IMG/VR virus record: IMGVR_UViG_3300032240_000659
Location: 64,135-128,134 of that record
Direction: 5' to 3' (one strand)
Length of the DNA stretch: 64,000 nt
Source of the DNA: a virus
Within the stretch, counting starts at the first letter, position 1. Every line of letters starts with the position of its first letter. The notes below the pieces were generated by a model that saw only the letters and a program-made list of their open reading frames with translations, searched no databases and was not told the DNA's origin. Shown here piece by piece: positions 6,907 through 17,600 of this stretch. The translations under genes were made by a program, and so were the position numbers.

Positions 6907-9117
6907 ATGGATTTGTTAAATGCAGCCACTAATGCTGTTAGTACCGTGTCTAACACATTATCAAGTTCAGGGCTGGCATCTGGATTAAGCAGTACATTTA
7001 ATTCCTTAACAGGTAAACTTGGATCTATTGGTTCGTTTTTTAAACCACTAAACGGAGTTAAGTTGCCTTTGGCTAATCCTTTATTTGCTTATGCATCTTA
7101 TGATTATGTTATTGGATTAGGATGTTTATCTGCTAAAGAAGTTACTAACCCAGATACAACTTATATGGCAGGCAAGCCTGTTAATTTAATTTGCAAAAGT
7201 GCAAATGCTGATCCCCAGAACAGAGTAAAAACACCTTACGGAAAGTTTGATTTTTTTATTGATAATGTAGAACTTAAAAGCACAATTGGTTTAGATTCTG
7301 GAAATACTACAAACATTACTGACATATCATTTTCTATAACAGAACCTTATAGTATGGGTATGTTTATGATTTCTTTACAAACAATAGCTCAGCAATTAAA
7401 ATGGGATAATTTTAAAGAAGCACCATTTGTTCTTACTTTAGAATTTAGAGGAAATAAAGAAACAGGACAAATGGTCAATATACCCGGTACAAAAAGATTT
7501 ATTGCTTTTAATTTTAATGACATAAGCATGAAAGTTACAGAAGCAGGAGCAGTTTATAATTGTACCTGTATGCCATATAACCAAGGAGCACAAACAGATC
7601 AAGTTGCTACTTTTAAAAGTGATGTATCTATTACTGGTGATACAGTACAAAGCATTTTACAAACTGGAGAAAAAAGTCTTCAGTATGTTGTTAATGAAAA
7701 ATATAAAGCAACTGCTAAGGCTGCCGGCAAAGATACTATACCTGACGAAGCAATTATATTATTTCCAGAAGATACTGCATCGTCGGCATCTAGCGGATCT
7801 AGCGGATCTGAAAGTACTGGTTCTGCAACTACTACTCCGGGTGCTGCCGATACAAAAGCGTTGTTTACAAAATTAGGTGTAACTAGAAGTACAATAAATT
7901 CTACATTAGTTCAACAAGAAATTACTGTTAATGCTATAGGCAGTGCTGATTTAGGATTCAATGATTCTAGAAAAGGTGATACACCTTTAGGCAAAGAAAA
8001 TAAAGTATGGGATCCTGTAAAACAAATTTTTGTTAGATCAAATAATCCAATTGATACAAAAATGACCGACATGAAATTTGCTCAAGATACTGATATTACT
8101 AATGCTATAAATCAGGCTATTCTTAACAGTAAATTTGTTACTGAAACATTAGATGCAAGTAATTTAACTAAGGAAGGCTTTAGAAATTGGTGGCGTATTG
8201 ATGTTCAAAAATATCCGAATGGCCCAGTTCAGAATGCAACCGGCAGAGTTCCTTACATTTATGTGTACAGGGTAGTTCCTTACGAAGCACATGCTAGTAA
8301 ACTTGCGCCACCAAATACTAAAACCCCCGGATATGCAAATTTAAAACTTCAAGCAGTTAAACACTACAATTATATCTATACAGGAAAAAATGTTGATATT
8401 ATTAGATTTGATATTACATTAAATACAGGTTTTACTGCTATCATGGCATCTGATGGTTTAGAAAAATCTCAAGATGCAAAAACAGCCGCAGCCGATAGCA
8501 CAGAACCAGAAAAACAAACAGCAGGTAATCCACTAGCACCTGGTAATTCACCTTCTACAATGCCAGGAGTTATTCCTACAACGGTATCTTATTCAGGGAC
8601 TAACACTAAGTCTGATAGAAAAGGCGGCGGCGGCAAAGAAACTCCCGGCCACCGTGCGGCTCGATTATTTATGGATGCTGTTACAAATAGTAACGAACTT
8701 GTTAATTTAAATATGGAAATTATTGGAGACCCTTATTATATTGTACAAAGTGGCATGGGCAATTATACTGCGCAGGCTACACAGTATAAAAATTTAAATT
8801 TAGATGGTAGTATAAATTATCAAAACGGCGAAGTAGATATTCTTGTTAATTTTAGAACACCGATTGACATTAATCAAACAACCGGGTTATATAACTTTGG
8901 CGGATCAAGTAAAACAGCTCCTGTTATCGGATACAGCGGTCTTTATCAAATAACAAATATAACAAGCAAATTTCAATCTGGGCAGTTTAAACAAACTTTA
9001 GTAGGGCAACGCAGGCCCCAGCAGGAAAACCCAGTTGAAGCAACACCGGATCAAACATTTTCTACAGGTAATCAGAAAGTAGATCCTAAAGACCCATACG
9101 GATACGGAGACGGTTAA
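6907..9117 (+). CDS. Baseplate hub protein (gp27/late-control-D-like) with insertions
   Basis: Position between gp53-like and gp5-like genes; C-terminal IIGDPYY...SGLYQIT.I.S.F..GQFKQTL hub motif. Confidence 0.6.
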   Translation: MDLLNAATNAVSTVSNTLSSSGLASGLSSTFNSLTGKLGSIGSFFKPLNGVKLPLANPLFAYASYDYVIGLGCLSAKEVTNPDTTYMAGKPVNLICKSANADPQNRVKTPYGKFDFFIDNVELKSTIGLDSGNTTNITDISFSITEPYSMGMFMISLQTIAQQLKWDNFKEAPFVLTLEFRGNKETGQMVNIPGTKRFIAFNFNDISMKVTEAGAVYNCTCMPYNQGAQTDQVATFKSDVSITGDTVQSILQTGEKSLQYVVNEKYKATAKAAGKDTIPDEAIILFPEDTASSASSGSSGSESTGSATTTPGAADTKALFTKLGVTRSTINSTLVQQEITVNAIGSADLGFNDSRKGDTPLGKENKVWDPVKQIFVRSNNPIDTKMTDMKFAQDTDITNAINQAILNSKFVTETLDASNLTKEGFRNWWRIDVQKYPNGPVQNATGRVPYIYVYRVVPYEAHASKLAPPNTKTPGYANLKLQAVKHYNYIYTGKNVDIIRFDITLNTGFTAIMASDGLEKSQDAKTAAADSTEPEKQTAGNPLAPGNSPSTMPGVIPTTVSYSGTNTKSDRKGGGGKETPGHRAARLFMDAVTNSNELVNLNMEIIGDPYYIVQSGMGNYTAQATQYKNLNLDGSINYQNGEVDILVNFRTPIDINQTTGLYNFGGSSKTAPVIGYSGLYQITNITSKFQSGQFKQTLVGQRRPQQENPVEATPDQTFSTGNQKVDPKDPYGYGDG

Positions 9118-10664
9118 TGGCAACAAATGACAGTAATTTTATATCAGCCGATAGTCCAATTAATCGGCCTGGCCCATACTTAGCTAGAGTTATTAGCCAT
9201 TTAGATCCAACTTATATGGGAATGTTAGAAGTTGAGATCTTGCGTCCAGGCGGAGGCAGTAATGAAACCGGAGCAATACATGCAGTTAGTTATATGAGTC
9301 CATTCTACGGAGTAACTAGCATTGCCCATGCTTCGGAAAATAATGATTATAACGGAACACAAAAAAGCTACGGATGGTGGGCAGTTCCTCCTGATGTGGG
9401 ATCCACAGTTGTTATTATGTTTATTGACGGCAACCCTAAGTATGGATATTGGATGGGTTGTGTTGCAGATGAAAATATGAATTTTATGATTCCTGGTATT
9501 GCCGCATCTAGTCAAGTTGTTGACGAAACAAAAAGAATGCCAGTAGGTGAGTATAATAAGCGAGCAACAGAAAGTGAATCAGTCATAGTAACGGATCCTG
9601 AAAAAACTAAAAAACCAAAGCACCCACTAGCAGCCGCTTTTGAAACCCAGGGGCTATTAGAAGACGACATTAGAGGACTTACTACTTCAAGTGCTCGCAG
9701 AGAAACTCCTAGTATGGTGTTTGGTATTAGCACCCCCGGCCCATTAGATAAGCAACCTAACGCTCAACGAGGCACAATTGGTAAACTAGAATACGAAATT
9801 CCAAACGCACCCGTCAGCCGCCTTGGTGGCACAACATTTGTTATGGACGACGGTGACGACAAATACTTGCGTAAAACTCCCGCAAATGAGGGTCCGCCTG
9901 AATATGCTCAAGTTGAACAAGGAGAAACAGACGGTGATGTAACAATTCCTCATAATGAATTATTTAGAATAAGAACACGCACTGGACATCAAATTCTATT
10001 ACATAACAGTGAAGATTTAATTTATATTGGCAATGCCAAAGGCACCGCTTGGATAGAATTAACAAGCGATGGTAAGATTGACATTTATGCAGAAGACAGT
10101 GTTAGTTTACATACAAAACAAGATTTAAATTTTTATGCAGACAGAGACATTAATTTTGAAGCCGGAAGAAATTTTAATTTAAAAGTTGCAAATCGTCATC
10201 AAACAGAAGTTGGTGGCAACAAAATTTTAATTGTTGATGCAAATAATATTATCAAAGTTTCTGGTACACACGACGAAACAATCACTGGTGTTACCACAAT
10301 CTCCACAGGTGCTGGACATACAATTACCGCAAGCGGAGATTTTGAAGTTAAAGCAGCCAATACTAATATTGACGGCGGCAATATTCATTTAAATTCTGGA
10401 AAATTTGCAGGACAAGCCGCCGAAGTGCCAGACCCATTAAGCGTATTTGAAAACCCAACTGAAGATAGTGCAACAACTGTTGAAAGTATTATGCTACGTG
10501 TTCCGAGTCACGAACCTTGGCCACACCATGAAAATTTAAACCCTACAGATTTTAAACCAGATATGACAGATAGAGAAAGCGGTTCAACCATTGCAACGCC
10601 GCCATTGTGGAAAGAATACACTACAATAACAGATACATTCCAAAAAGTTAAAGGAGCAGATTAA
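9117..10664 (+). CDS. Central spike protein (gp5/VgrG-like) without lysozyme domain
   Basis: N-terminal OB-fold region (GPYLARV, PPDVGSTV), RTRTGHQI motif, C-terminal beta-helix-like repeats. Confidence 0.8.
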   Translation: MATNDSNFISADSPINRPGPYLARVISHLDPTYMGMLEVEILRPGGGSNETGAIHAVSYMSPFYGVTSIAHASENNDYNGTQKSYGWWAVPPDVGSTVVIMFIDGNPKYGYWMGCVADENMNFMIPGIAASSQVVDETKRMPVGEYNKRATESESVIVTDPEKTKKPKHPLAAAFETQGLLEDDIRGLTTSSARRETPSMVFGISTPGPLDKQPNAQRGTIGKLEYEIPNAPVSRLGGTTFVMDDGDDKYLRKTPANEGPPEYAQVEQGETDGDVTIPHNELFRIRTRTGHQILLHNSEDLIYIGNAKGTAWIELTSDGKIDIYAEDSVSLHTKQDLNFYADRDINFEAGRNFNLKVANRHQTEVGGNKILIVDANNIIKVSGTHDETITGVTTISTGAGHTITASGDFEVKAANTNIDGGNIHLNSGKFAGQAAEVPDPLSVFENPTEDSATTVESIMLRVPSHEPWPHHENLNPTDFKPDMTDRESGSTIATPPLWKEYTTITDTFQKVKGAD

Positions 10665-11110
10665 TGAGCTCAAATGCAAATCTATATAATAAAATTACAC
10701 TACCAAGTGCCGCAAACAATAACAGAGAAGTTAGTCCTAAAATGTATAAAGGATTCAGTACAGTTAGCACTGATACTGAAAACTTTAGTCTTTATGATTT
10801 AGATTTAATTAAACAAGATTTAATAAATCATTTCTATGTTCGACAGGGCGAGCGTTTAATGAATCCCACATTTGGTACAATTATCTGGGATCTCTTGTTT
10901 GAGCCTTTGACAGAACAAATTAAAAATCTAATTTTACAAAATGTAAATCAAATTATAAATTATGACCCTAGAATAAAAGCAGACAAAGTTACTGTTACTG
11001 CTTACGAATCTGGGGTGCAAATAGAATGTCAATTAACATATTTGCCGTATAACGTAAGTCAGAGCATGAAATTAAAGTTTGATCAAGCTAACGGATTACT
11101 AGCACAATAA
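10664..11110 (+). CDS. gp25: Baseplate wedge protein gp25-like
   Basis: LIKQDLINHF..RQGERLMNP.FG..IWDLLFEP and YDPR motifs. Confidence 0.9.
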   Translation: MSSNANLYNKITLPSAANNNREVSPKMYKGFSTVSTDTENFSLYDLDLIKQDLINHFYVRQGERLMNPTFGTIIWDLLFEPLTEQIKNLILQNVNQIINYDPRIKADKVTVTAYESGVQIECQLTYLPYNVSQSMKLKFDQANGLLAQ

Positions 11111-11132
11111 ACTTAGCAGTTAATTTTATTCA

Positions 11133-11146
11133 ATAAATATAGAATA
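11133..11146 (+). promoter_or_regulatory. Late promoter-like motif ATAAATATAGAATA
   Basis: 11 nt upstream of the gp6 ATG; identical 14-mer at 31233. Confidence 0.7.
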
Positions 11147-11157
11147 CAGGATAAATT

Positions 11158-14100
11158 ATGAGCGCAATTGACAGACAAAATAGATTACTAGTTGCTGAAG
11201 ACTGGAAAAAAGTATACCAATCATTCCGAAATGCGGACTTTCAAAGCTACGACTTTGAGAATCTACGCCGTACAATGATTGATTATATCCGTCAAAATTA
11301 TCCTGAAGATTTTAACGATTACATTGAGTCTAGCGAATACCTTGCCCTAATCGACCTTATTGCGTTCTTGGGCCAAAGCATAGCTTTCCGTGTTGATTTA
11401 AATGCTCGTGAAAATTTCTTAGAGCTAGCAGAGCGCCGTGAAAGCGTATTGCGACTAGCGCGATTAATTAGCTACAATGCTAAACGTAATCTTGCAGCCA
11501 AAGGATTGTTAAAATTTACCACCGTGTCTACCACACAAACTGTTATTGATAGTAACGGAAGAAACTTAGCAGGACAAGTCATTACTTGGAACGATCCAAG
11601 TAATTCTAATTGGTATGATCAGTTTATTAAAATTGTCAATGCGGCAATGAGCACCAATCAACAGTTTGGAAACCCTAGCGATAAATCAACAGTTTACGGA
11701 ATCCCAACTGCACAATATCGATTTGAAGCTTCTAATAACGATGTTCCGGTATATGCATTTACTAAGTCAATTGCCGGACGTCAAATGACATTTGAAATTA
11801 CTAGTACAACTTTTAAAGATCAAAATTACATCTATGAAGAATCTCCTAAGTTAGGAAATAAAATTGCCTGCATTTACAGAGATGATGGCAGAGGTGCAGC
11901 CAGCGCAGGAACTGGATTCTTTTTTAATTTTACACAAGGCTCGTTAAATCAAGGAGTATTTACAATTAGTCAACCAAGTACTAACGAGTCTGTTGATGTT
12001 GACAGTCAAGGTATTAATAATACTGATGTTTGGTTGTATAGACTAGATAAAAACGGCGCAGAAACAGACGAGTGGACTAAAGTTCCTAGCTTTGAAGGTA
12101 ATAACGTAATTTATAATAGTTTAAATAAAAAAATTAGAAATATTTTTAATGTTCTTACTCGAGCAAACGATGCAATTAGTTTGCAATTTAGTGATGGCAC
12201 ATTTGGCAATCTTCCATTAGGGACTTTTAGAACATACTATCGTATTAGCAATGGTTTATCATACACAATTAACACAACAGATATTCGAAATGTTGCAATT
12301 AGTATACCTTATGTAACTCAGCAAGGCCAGTTAGAAACGTTATCAATTACAATGTCGTTAGCAAGTTCAGTATCTAACGCAGACACTTCAGAAACAAATA
12401 CAAGCATTAAACAAAATGCTCCGCAAACATATTATACTCAAAATCGTATGATTACTGGAGAAGATTATAATATTAGCCCATTGTCTACAAGCCAAAAAGT
12501 TTTAAAAGTAAAAGCAGTGAATAGAACTAGTAGCGGTATTAGCCGTTATTTTGATTTAATTGATCCTACTGGAAAATATAGTTCAACAAATTTATTTGCT
12601 GATGACGGATTGTTATATAAAGAAACATATACAAATTCTTTTAAATTTTCTTATGTAAGTAAAACTGATATTGAAGGTGTTATATACAACAATGTATACG
12701 AAGTTCTTAAAAAACCAGAGTTAAAGAATTTTTACTATTCAAATTTTATTAGTTATGTTACACTAAGTTTAAATGTTGTATGGTATAATAAAACTTCAGA
12801 CACTACTAGTTCTAGCGGGTATATTGGATCAGTGGTGGACCCTGCAATATATAAAGTAGGTAGCGCAACATCAACAGAATTAAAATATTTTCAACCAGGT
12901 GCATTGATTAAATTTTCAGCGCCAACTGGTTATTATTTTGACACTACTAATTACAACAAGTTAGTAGCAGGAACCCCTGCTTCCTTAGGCGCTTCTTTAA
13001 CTGTTTGGGCATCGGTTGTATCGGTTGAAACGGACGGTACCGCCAGCGGAACAGGTGTTACCCTAACCGGAATGGGCCCTATTGTATTAAATCAAAATAT
13101 TCCTTCTTTATGTACTATTGAGCAAATTATTCCTAAATGGAGAACAGTTATTGATAGTAGTGTTAGAACTGCAATGACAGATTTAATTTTTGCTAACAAA
13201 CCATTTGGGTTAAGATATAATGCATCAACACAAGCATGGCAAATTATTTTTGAATCTAATTTAAATGCCTACTCTCAATTTAGTTTAGGTAAACAAGGAG
13301 ATTCAACAAATACACAACAAGATTCAAGCTGGATGTTGTTGTTTACAACAGACAACGAATATTACACTGTCACTAGTAGAGAACAACGTTACGTATTTGA
13401 AAGCGATAAACAAATTAAATTTTACTTTGATAACGCTAATAAAATATACGATAGTAGATCTAACGAAGTTGTTAAAGATTCAATTAATGTATTAAGCATC
13501 AATACTAAGCCTGATAGTGTTCAAAGTTTTACATTAGATTACAAGTGGGAGATTATTTCTCCTTATATTGGGTTAGATGGCTATATTGACAATAAGAAAA
13601 TTGTTGTTACTTTTGCAGATACTGACGACAATGGGGTAGTTGATGACCCAGAATTATTCTTAAAAATTGTTGATCCAGCAACATCGCCGACTTCAAAATA
13701 TATTGTTCAAGAAAAATATTCTATATCTTTAGGCCAAGAAGATTATAGATATATTGATAATAGTAACAATATTGTAAAAGTAGTGTTGAATGAAACTGCA
13801 ATAGGTCCAATAGGAAACTATACTAACGGGCAATATTTTTATATTGTTGATACCGACACTGTTAAACAATTGAATAATCAAATATTAACAGTTACTTTAG
13901 ATTATAAAGTATATCAGGGTAGAGACGAAATTAAATTTCAATACATCCATAATTCAAATTATGAGTCAAGAATTGACCCTAGTCTAAGTAATATCATTGA
14001 TATTTTTGTTTTAACTAAAGGATATGATACTATTTTTAGACAATGGTTAGCAGGTGTTATATCTGATAAACCTCTTCCACCTAGTAGTGACGAATTATAC

Positions 14101-14616
14101 AATATATTGTCTCCTGATTTAAATTTAATTAAATCTATTTCTGATGAGATTGTATATCATCCAGTTAGCTATAGCATTTTATTTGGACAGTCAGCTGATA
14201 CTAATTTACAAGCTAGTTTTAAAGTAACTAAAGCACAGGGTCAGGTCATTTCAGATAATGATGTAAAGTCAAAGATCATTGTAGCAATTAATGAGTTCTT
14301 TGCTTTAGAAAATTGGGACTTTGGAGATACGTTTTATTTTACTGAACTATCTACATATGTAATGAATCAACTTGCACCTAATATTTCTAATTTTGTAATT
14401 GTACCAAGACAAAGCGGATTAAACTTTGGCAGTTTATTTGAAATTAAATCAGCAAGTGATCAGTTGTTCATCAACGGTGCAACTGTTGATGATATTGAAA
14501 TCATTTCTGGAATAACATCAACTAGTATTAAATCAGTAAGCGGCACAGCAGTAGACACTACAAGCTCAGCCCAACAAACAGTAACAAGTTCAACATACGG
14601 AGCAACAAATGGCTGA
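11158..14616 (+). CDS. gp6: Baseplate wedge protein gp6-like (extended)
   Basis: SYDFENLR, DYIESSE...LIDL.A, ENFL..AERRESV..LA..I.Y, FSDG.FG..P, QNRMITGEDY motifs. Confidence 0.85.
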   Translation: MSAIDRQNRLLVAEDWKKVYQSFRNADFQSYDFENLRRTMIDYIRQNYPEDFNDYIESSEYLALIDLIAFLGQSIAFRVDLNARENFLELAERRESVLRLARLISYNAKRNLAAKGLLKFTTVSTTQTVIDSNGRNLAGQVITWNDPSNSNWYDQFIKIVNAAMSTNQQFGNPSDKSTVYGIPTAQYRFEASNNDVPVYAFTKSIAGRQMTFEITSTTFKDQNYIYEESPKLGNKIACIYRDDGRGAASAGTGFFFNFTQGSLNQGVFTISQPSTNESVDVDSQGINNTDVWLYRLDKNGAETDEWTKVPSFEGNNVIYNSLNKKIRNIFNVLTRANDAISLQFSDGTFGNLPLGTFRTYYRISNGLSYTINTTDIRNVAISIPYVTQQGQLETLSITMSLASSVSNADTSETNTSIKQNAPQTYYTQNRMITGEDYNISPLSTSQKVLKVKAVNRTSSGISRYFDLIDPTGKYSSTNLFADDGLLYKETYTNSFKFSYVSKTDIEGVIYNNVYEVLKKPELKNFYYSNFISYVTLSLNVVWYNKTSDTTSSSGYIGSVVDPAIYKVGSATSTELKYFQPGALIKFSAPTGYYFDTTNYNKLVAGTPASLGASLTVWASVVSVETDGTASGTGVTLTGMGPIVLNQNIPSLCTIEQIIPKWRTVIDSSVRTAMTDLIFANKPFGLRYNASTQAWQIIFESNLNAYSQFSLGKQGDSTNTQQDSSWMLLFTTDNEYYTVTSREQRYVFESDKQIKFYFDNANKIYDSRSNEVVKDSINVLSINTKPDSVQSFTLDYKWEIISPYIGLDGYIDNKKIVVTFADTDDNGVVDDPELFLKIVDPATSPTSKYIVQEKYSISLGQEDYRYIDNSNNIVKVVLNETAIGPIGNYTNGQYFYIVDTDTVKQLNNQILTVTLDYKVYQGRDEIKFQYIHNSNYESRIDPSLSNIIDIFVLTKGYDTIFRQWLAGVISDKPLPPSSDELYNILSPDLNLIKSISDEIVYHPVSYSILFGQSADTNLQASFKVTKAQGQVISDNDVKSKIIVAINEFFALENWDFGDTFYFTELSTYVMNQLAPNISNFVIVPRQSGLNFGSLFEIKSASDQLFINGATVDDIEIISGITSTSIKSVSGTAVDTTSSAQQTVTSSTYGATNG

Positions 14617-17600
14617 TAGTATCAATCCATACGAAGGTAAGATAACCGCGTCTAATTTCCTTCCACGATTTTATAAGACTGATACTAATAAAAAGTTTTT
14701 ACAAGCTACGTTAGATCAATTAATTGTCAACGGAACTGTTAAAAAAGTTAACGGTTATATTGGAAGACAAAATAGTAAAGCAACAGTTGGCTCTGATATA
14801 TTTCTTAAGACTCCTACGACTACTCGTCAAAATTATCAGTTAGAACCAGGTATGGTTATTAAAGATACTTTAGGAAATACTACATTTTTTAAAGATTATC
14901 AAGATTATATTAATCAGTTAGGTGTATTTGGCGCCAACACAGATAACCATGCAAGAATAAACAAACAAGAGTTTTATAGTTGGGATCCGCACATTAACTG
15001 GGATAAATTCATTGATTTTCAAAACTACTACTGGCTCCCATATGGACCTGACGTAATTAAAATTTATGGCAAAGAGCAAGAAATTGCTAGCGAATATACT
15101 GTAGTGGTAGAATCAGAATTAGATAGTAATGAGTATTTGTTCACCCCTAATGGATTAACACGTAATCCAACTCTTAAGTTATTTAGGGGCAAAACTTATA
15201 CATTTGATATTAATAGTCCAGGTAATCCTTTTAGTTTTAAAACTACTAGAACAGCTGGGTCATTGGATCGATATATCACTGAAACATTAAATGTTGCGGC
15301 AGTTGAAAAAGGTGTTATTACTTTTACTATTCCAGTTAATGCTCCTGATATTTTATATTATGTCAGTGAGACAGATATTAACCTCGGCGGAGTTATTCAC
15401 ATATTATCTGCAACTGAAAATTCTTATATTGATGTTGAATCAGAATTATTAGGTAAAAAAACTTACACGTTATCAACTGGTGTACAACTAAGCAATGGTA
15501 TGAAGCTTCAGTTTGGCGGAAATGTTTTTCCTAAATCTTATGCATCTGATAAGTTTTATGTTGAAGGGGTTGGAACAGCAATTAAGTTAGTAAAAGAATC
15601 AACATTAAATTTTGTTAGTTCGTATACTGTTAGCAAATCAGTTCCTTTTGAGTCTGTTCCTTTTGATCAAGGCCCATTTAGTAACACTACATCTTACGCA
15701 GGACATTTAGATTATATTGTTATTAATAGATCAAGTAAAGATCAAAATCCATGGAGCCGTCATAATCGCTGGTTCCATAAAGATGTCATTAATGCTAGTG
15801 CTACATTTAACGGCAAAGTTGCAGAATACGATCAGTCTTTTAGAGCAGTTCGCCCCATCATTGAGTTTGAAGCTGATTTAAAATTATTTAATTACGGAAC
15901 AATCGCGGTCGGCGATGTTGATTTAGTAGACACATTTACTAAAGATGTGTTTTCAACCGTCGAAGGGGCAGTTGGTTATAATATTGATAATTCTACAGTA
16001 GTAAATGGCCAACGAATTTTATTTACGGCTGACACAGACTCTAGGGTAAAAAATAAAATTTTTAAAGTTGAGTTTGTTACAGTAAATTCTCCTTCAGGTT
16101 CTCTAGTTCGACAAATTCATTTAGTTGAAGAAACTTTACCTGTTACTAATCAAGTTATATTAGTTAAACAGGGTTTAAAAAATTCAGGACAGTCTTATTG
16201 GTTTAATGGTAACACATGGAATTTAACACAGCAAAAAATTAAACCAAACCAAGCACCGTTGTTTGATGTATTTGACTCGGACGGAGTTAGCTACGGTGAT
16301 ACAGTAACATATAACGGGTCTACATTTGCAGGTACTACTATTTTTTCTTATGCCGTTGGTACTTATTACGATGACAAGCTAGGTTTTAATATTAAGTACA
16401 AAAATATTAATAACTTTGGTGATATTGTTTTTAATTTTGATCTATTGATGGACGAGTTTCAATATAAACAAAATACCGATGTTAACATTCAAAATATAAA
16501 TGTTGGATACCTAGCTAAATCAGTAGACTTAACAACTGTTAACTATGTAAACGGCTGGCAATTAAACTTATTAAAGACGGTGCAAGCAGCCGTAAGAATT
16601 TATAAAAATTCAAACTTAACTAACAATTTTTCAATTGATATTTTTGATGACATTACAAATTTAACAGATTTAGTTGTTAGGGTGTATGTTAATGGAATTA
16701 GGGTTGATAGTTCTAAATGGTCTGTAATAGATGCACCTACATACAAACAAGTTGTTTTTAATGCACCTGTTGCCATTGACGATGTAGTTACAATTAAAAC
16801 ATTTGCAAGACAACCTATTAATAACAATGGGTATTATGAAATTCCTATCAACTTACAAAATAATCCTAAAAATGGACAAATTACAGAATTCACACTAGGC
16901 GAAGTTAGCGATCATGTAAACTCTATTGTGGATAACTTGTCTAATTTTACAGGAACATTTCCAGGCTCAAACAATTTAAGAGATCTTGGCAACATTACAC
17001 CGTACGGAACTAAATTTGTACAGCATAGTGGCCCGTTTGGATTAAGTTTATATCACATTACTTCTGAAACTAATAATATTGTTAAATCGTTAGAAAAAGC
17101 AAGAGACGATTACAATAATTTTAAACGCAATTTTATTGCAGTGGCAAATAAGTTGGGGTTAGATGCTGACCCAGTTCGACAAGTAAATGAAATTTTAAAA
17201 ATTATTAATAAAGATAAACCAAATACTGCACCTTATTACTTTAGTGATATGGTACCTTACGGTGCTTCTATTAAAAATACATATACTGTTGTTGATTACA
17301 GAATTAAAACATACCCACTTTCTACAACATTTAATTTAGATACATTATCAAACAAAGCCGTGTCTATTTACTTAAATGGACTACAACCACCAACAGGCAC
17401 ACAGCTTTTATACGGTAAAGATTATACATTTGATAGTCAGGGGTTTTTTGTATTGTCAGATACTGTTCCTTTACAAAATGATGATACATTAACAGTAATT
17501 GAATTTGAAAGTACCGATGGTTGTTTTGTACCAGAAACTCCAACTAAATTAGGAATCTGGCCAAAATATGAACCTAAAGTTTATGTTGATTCTAGTCTAG

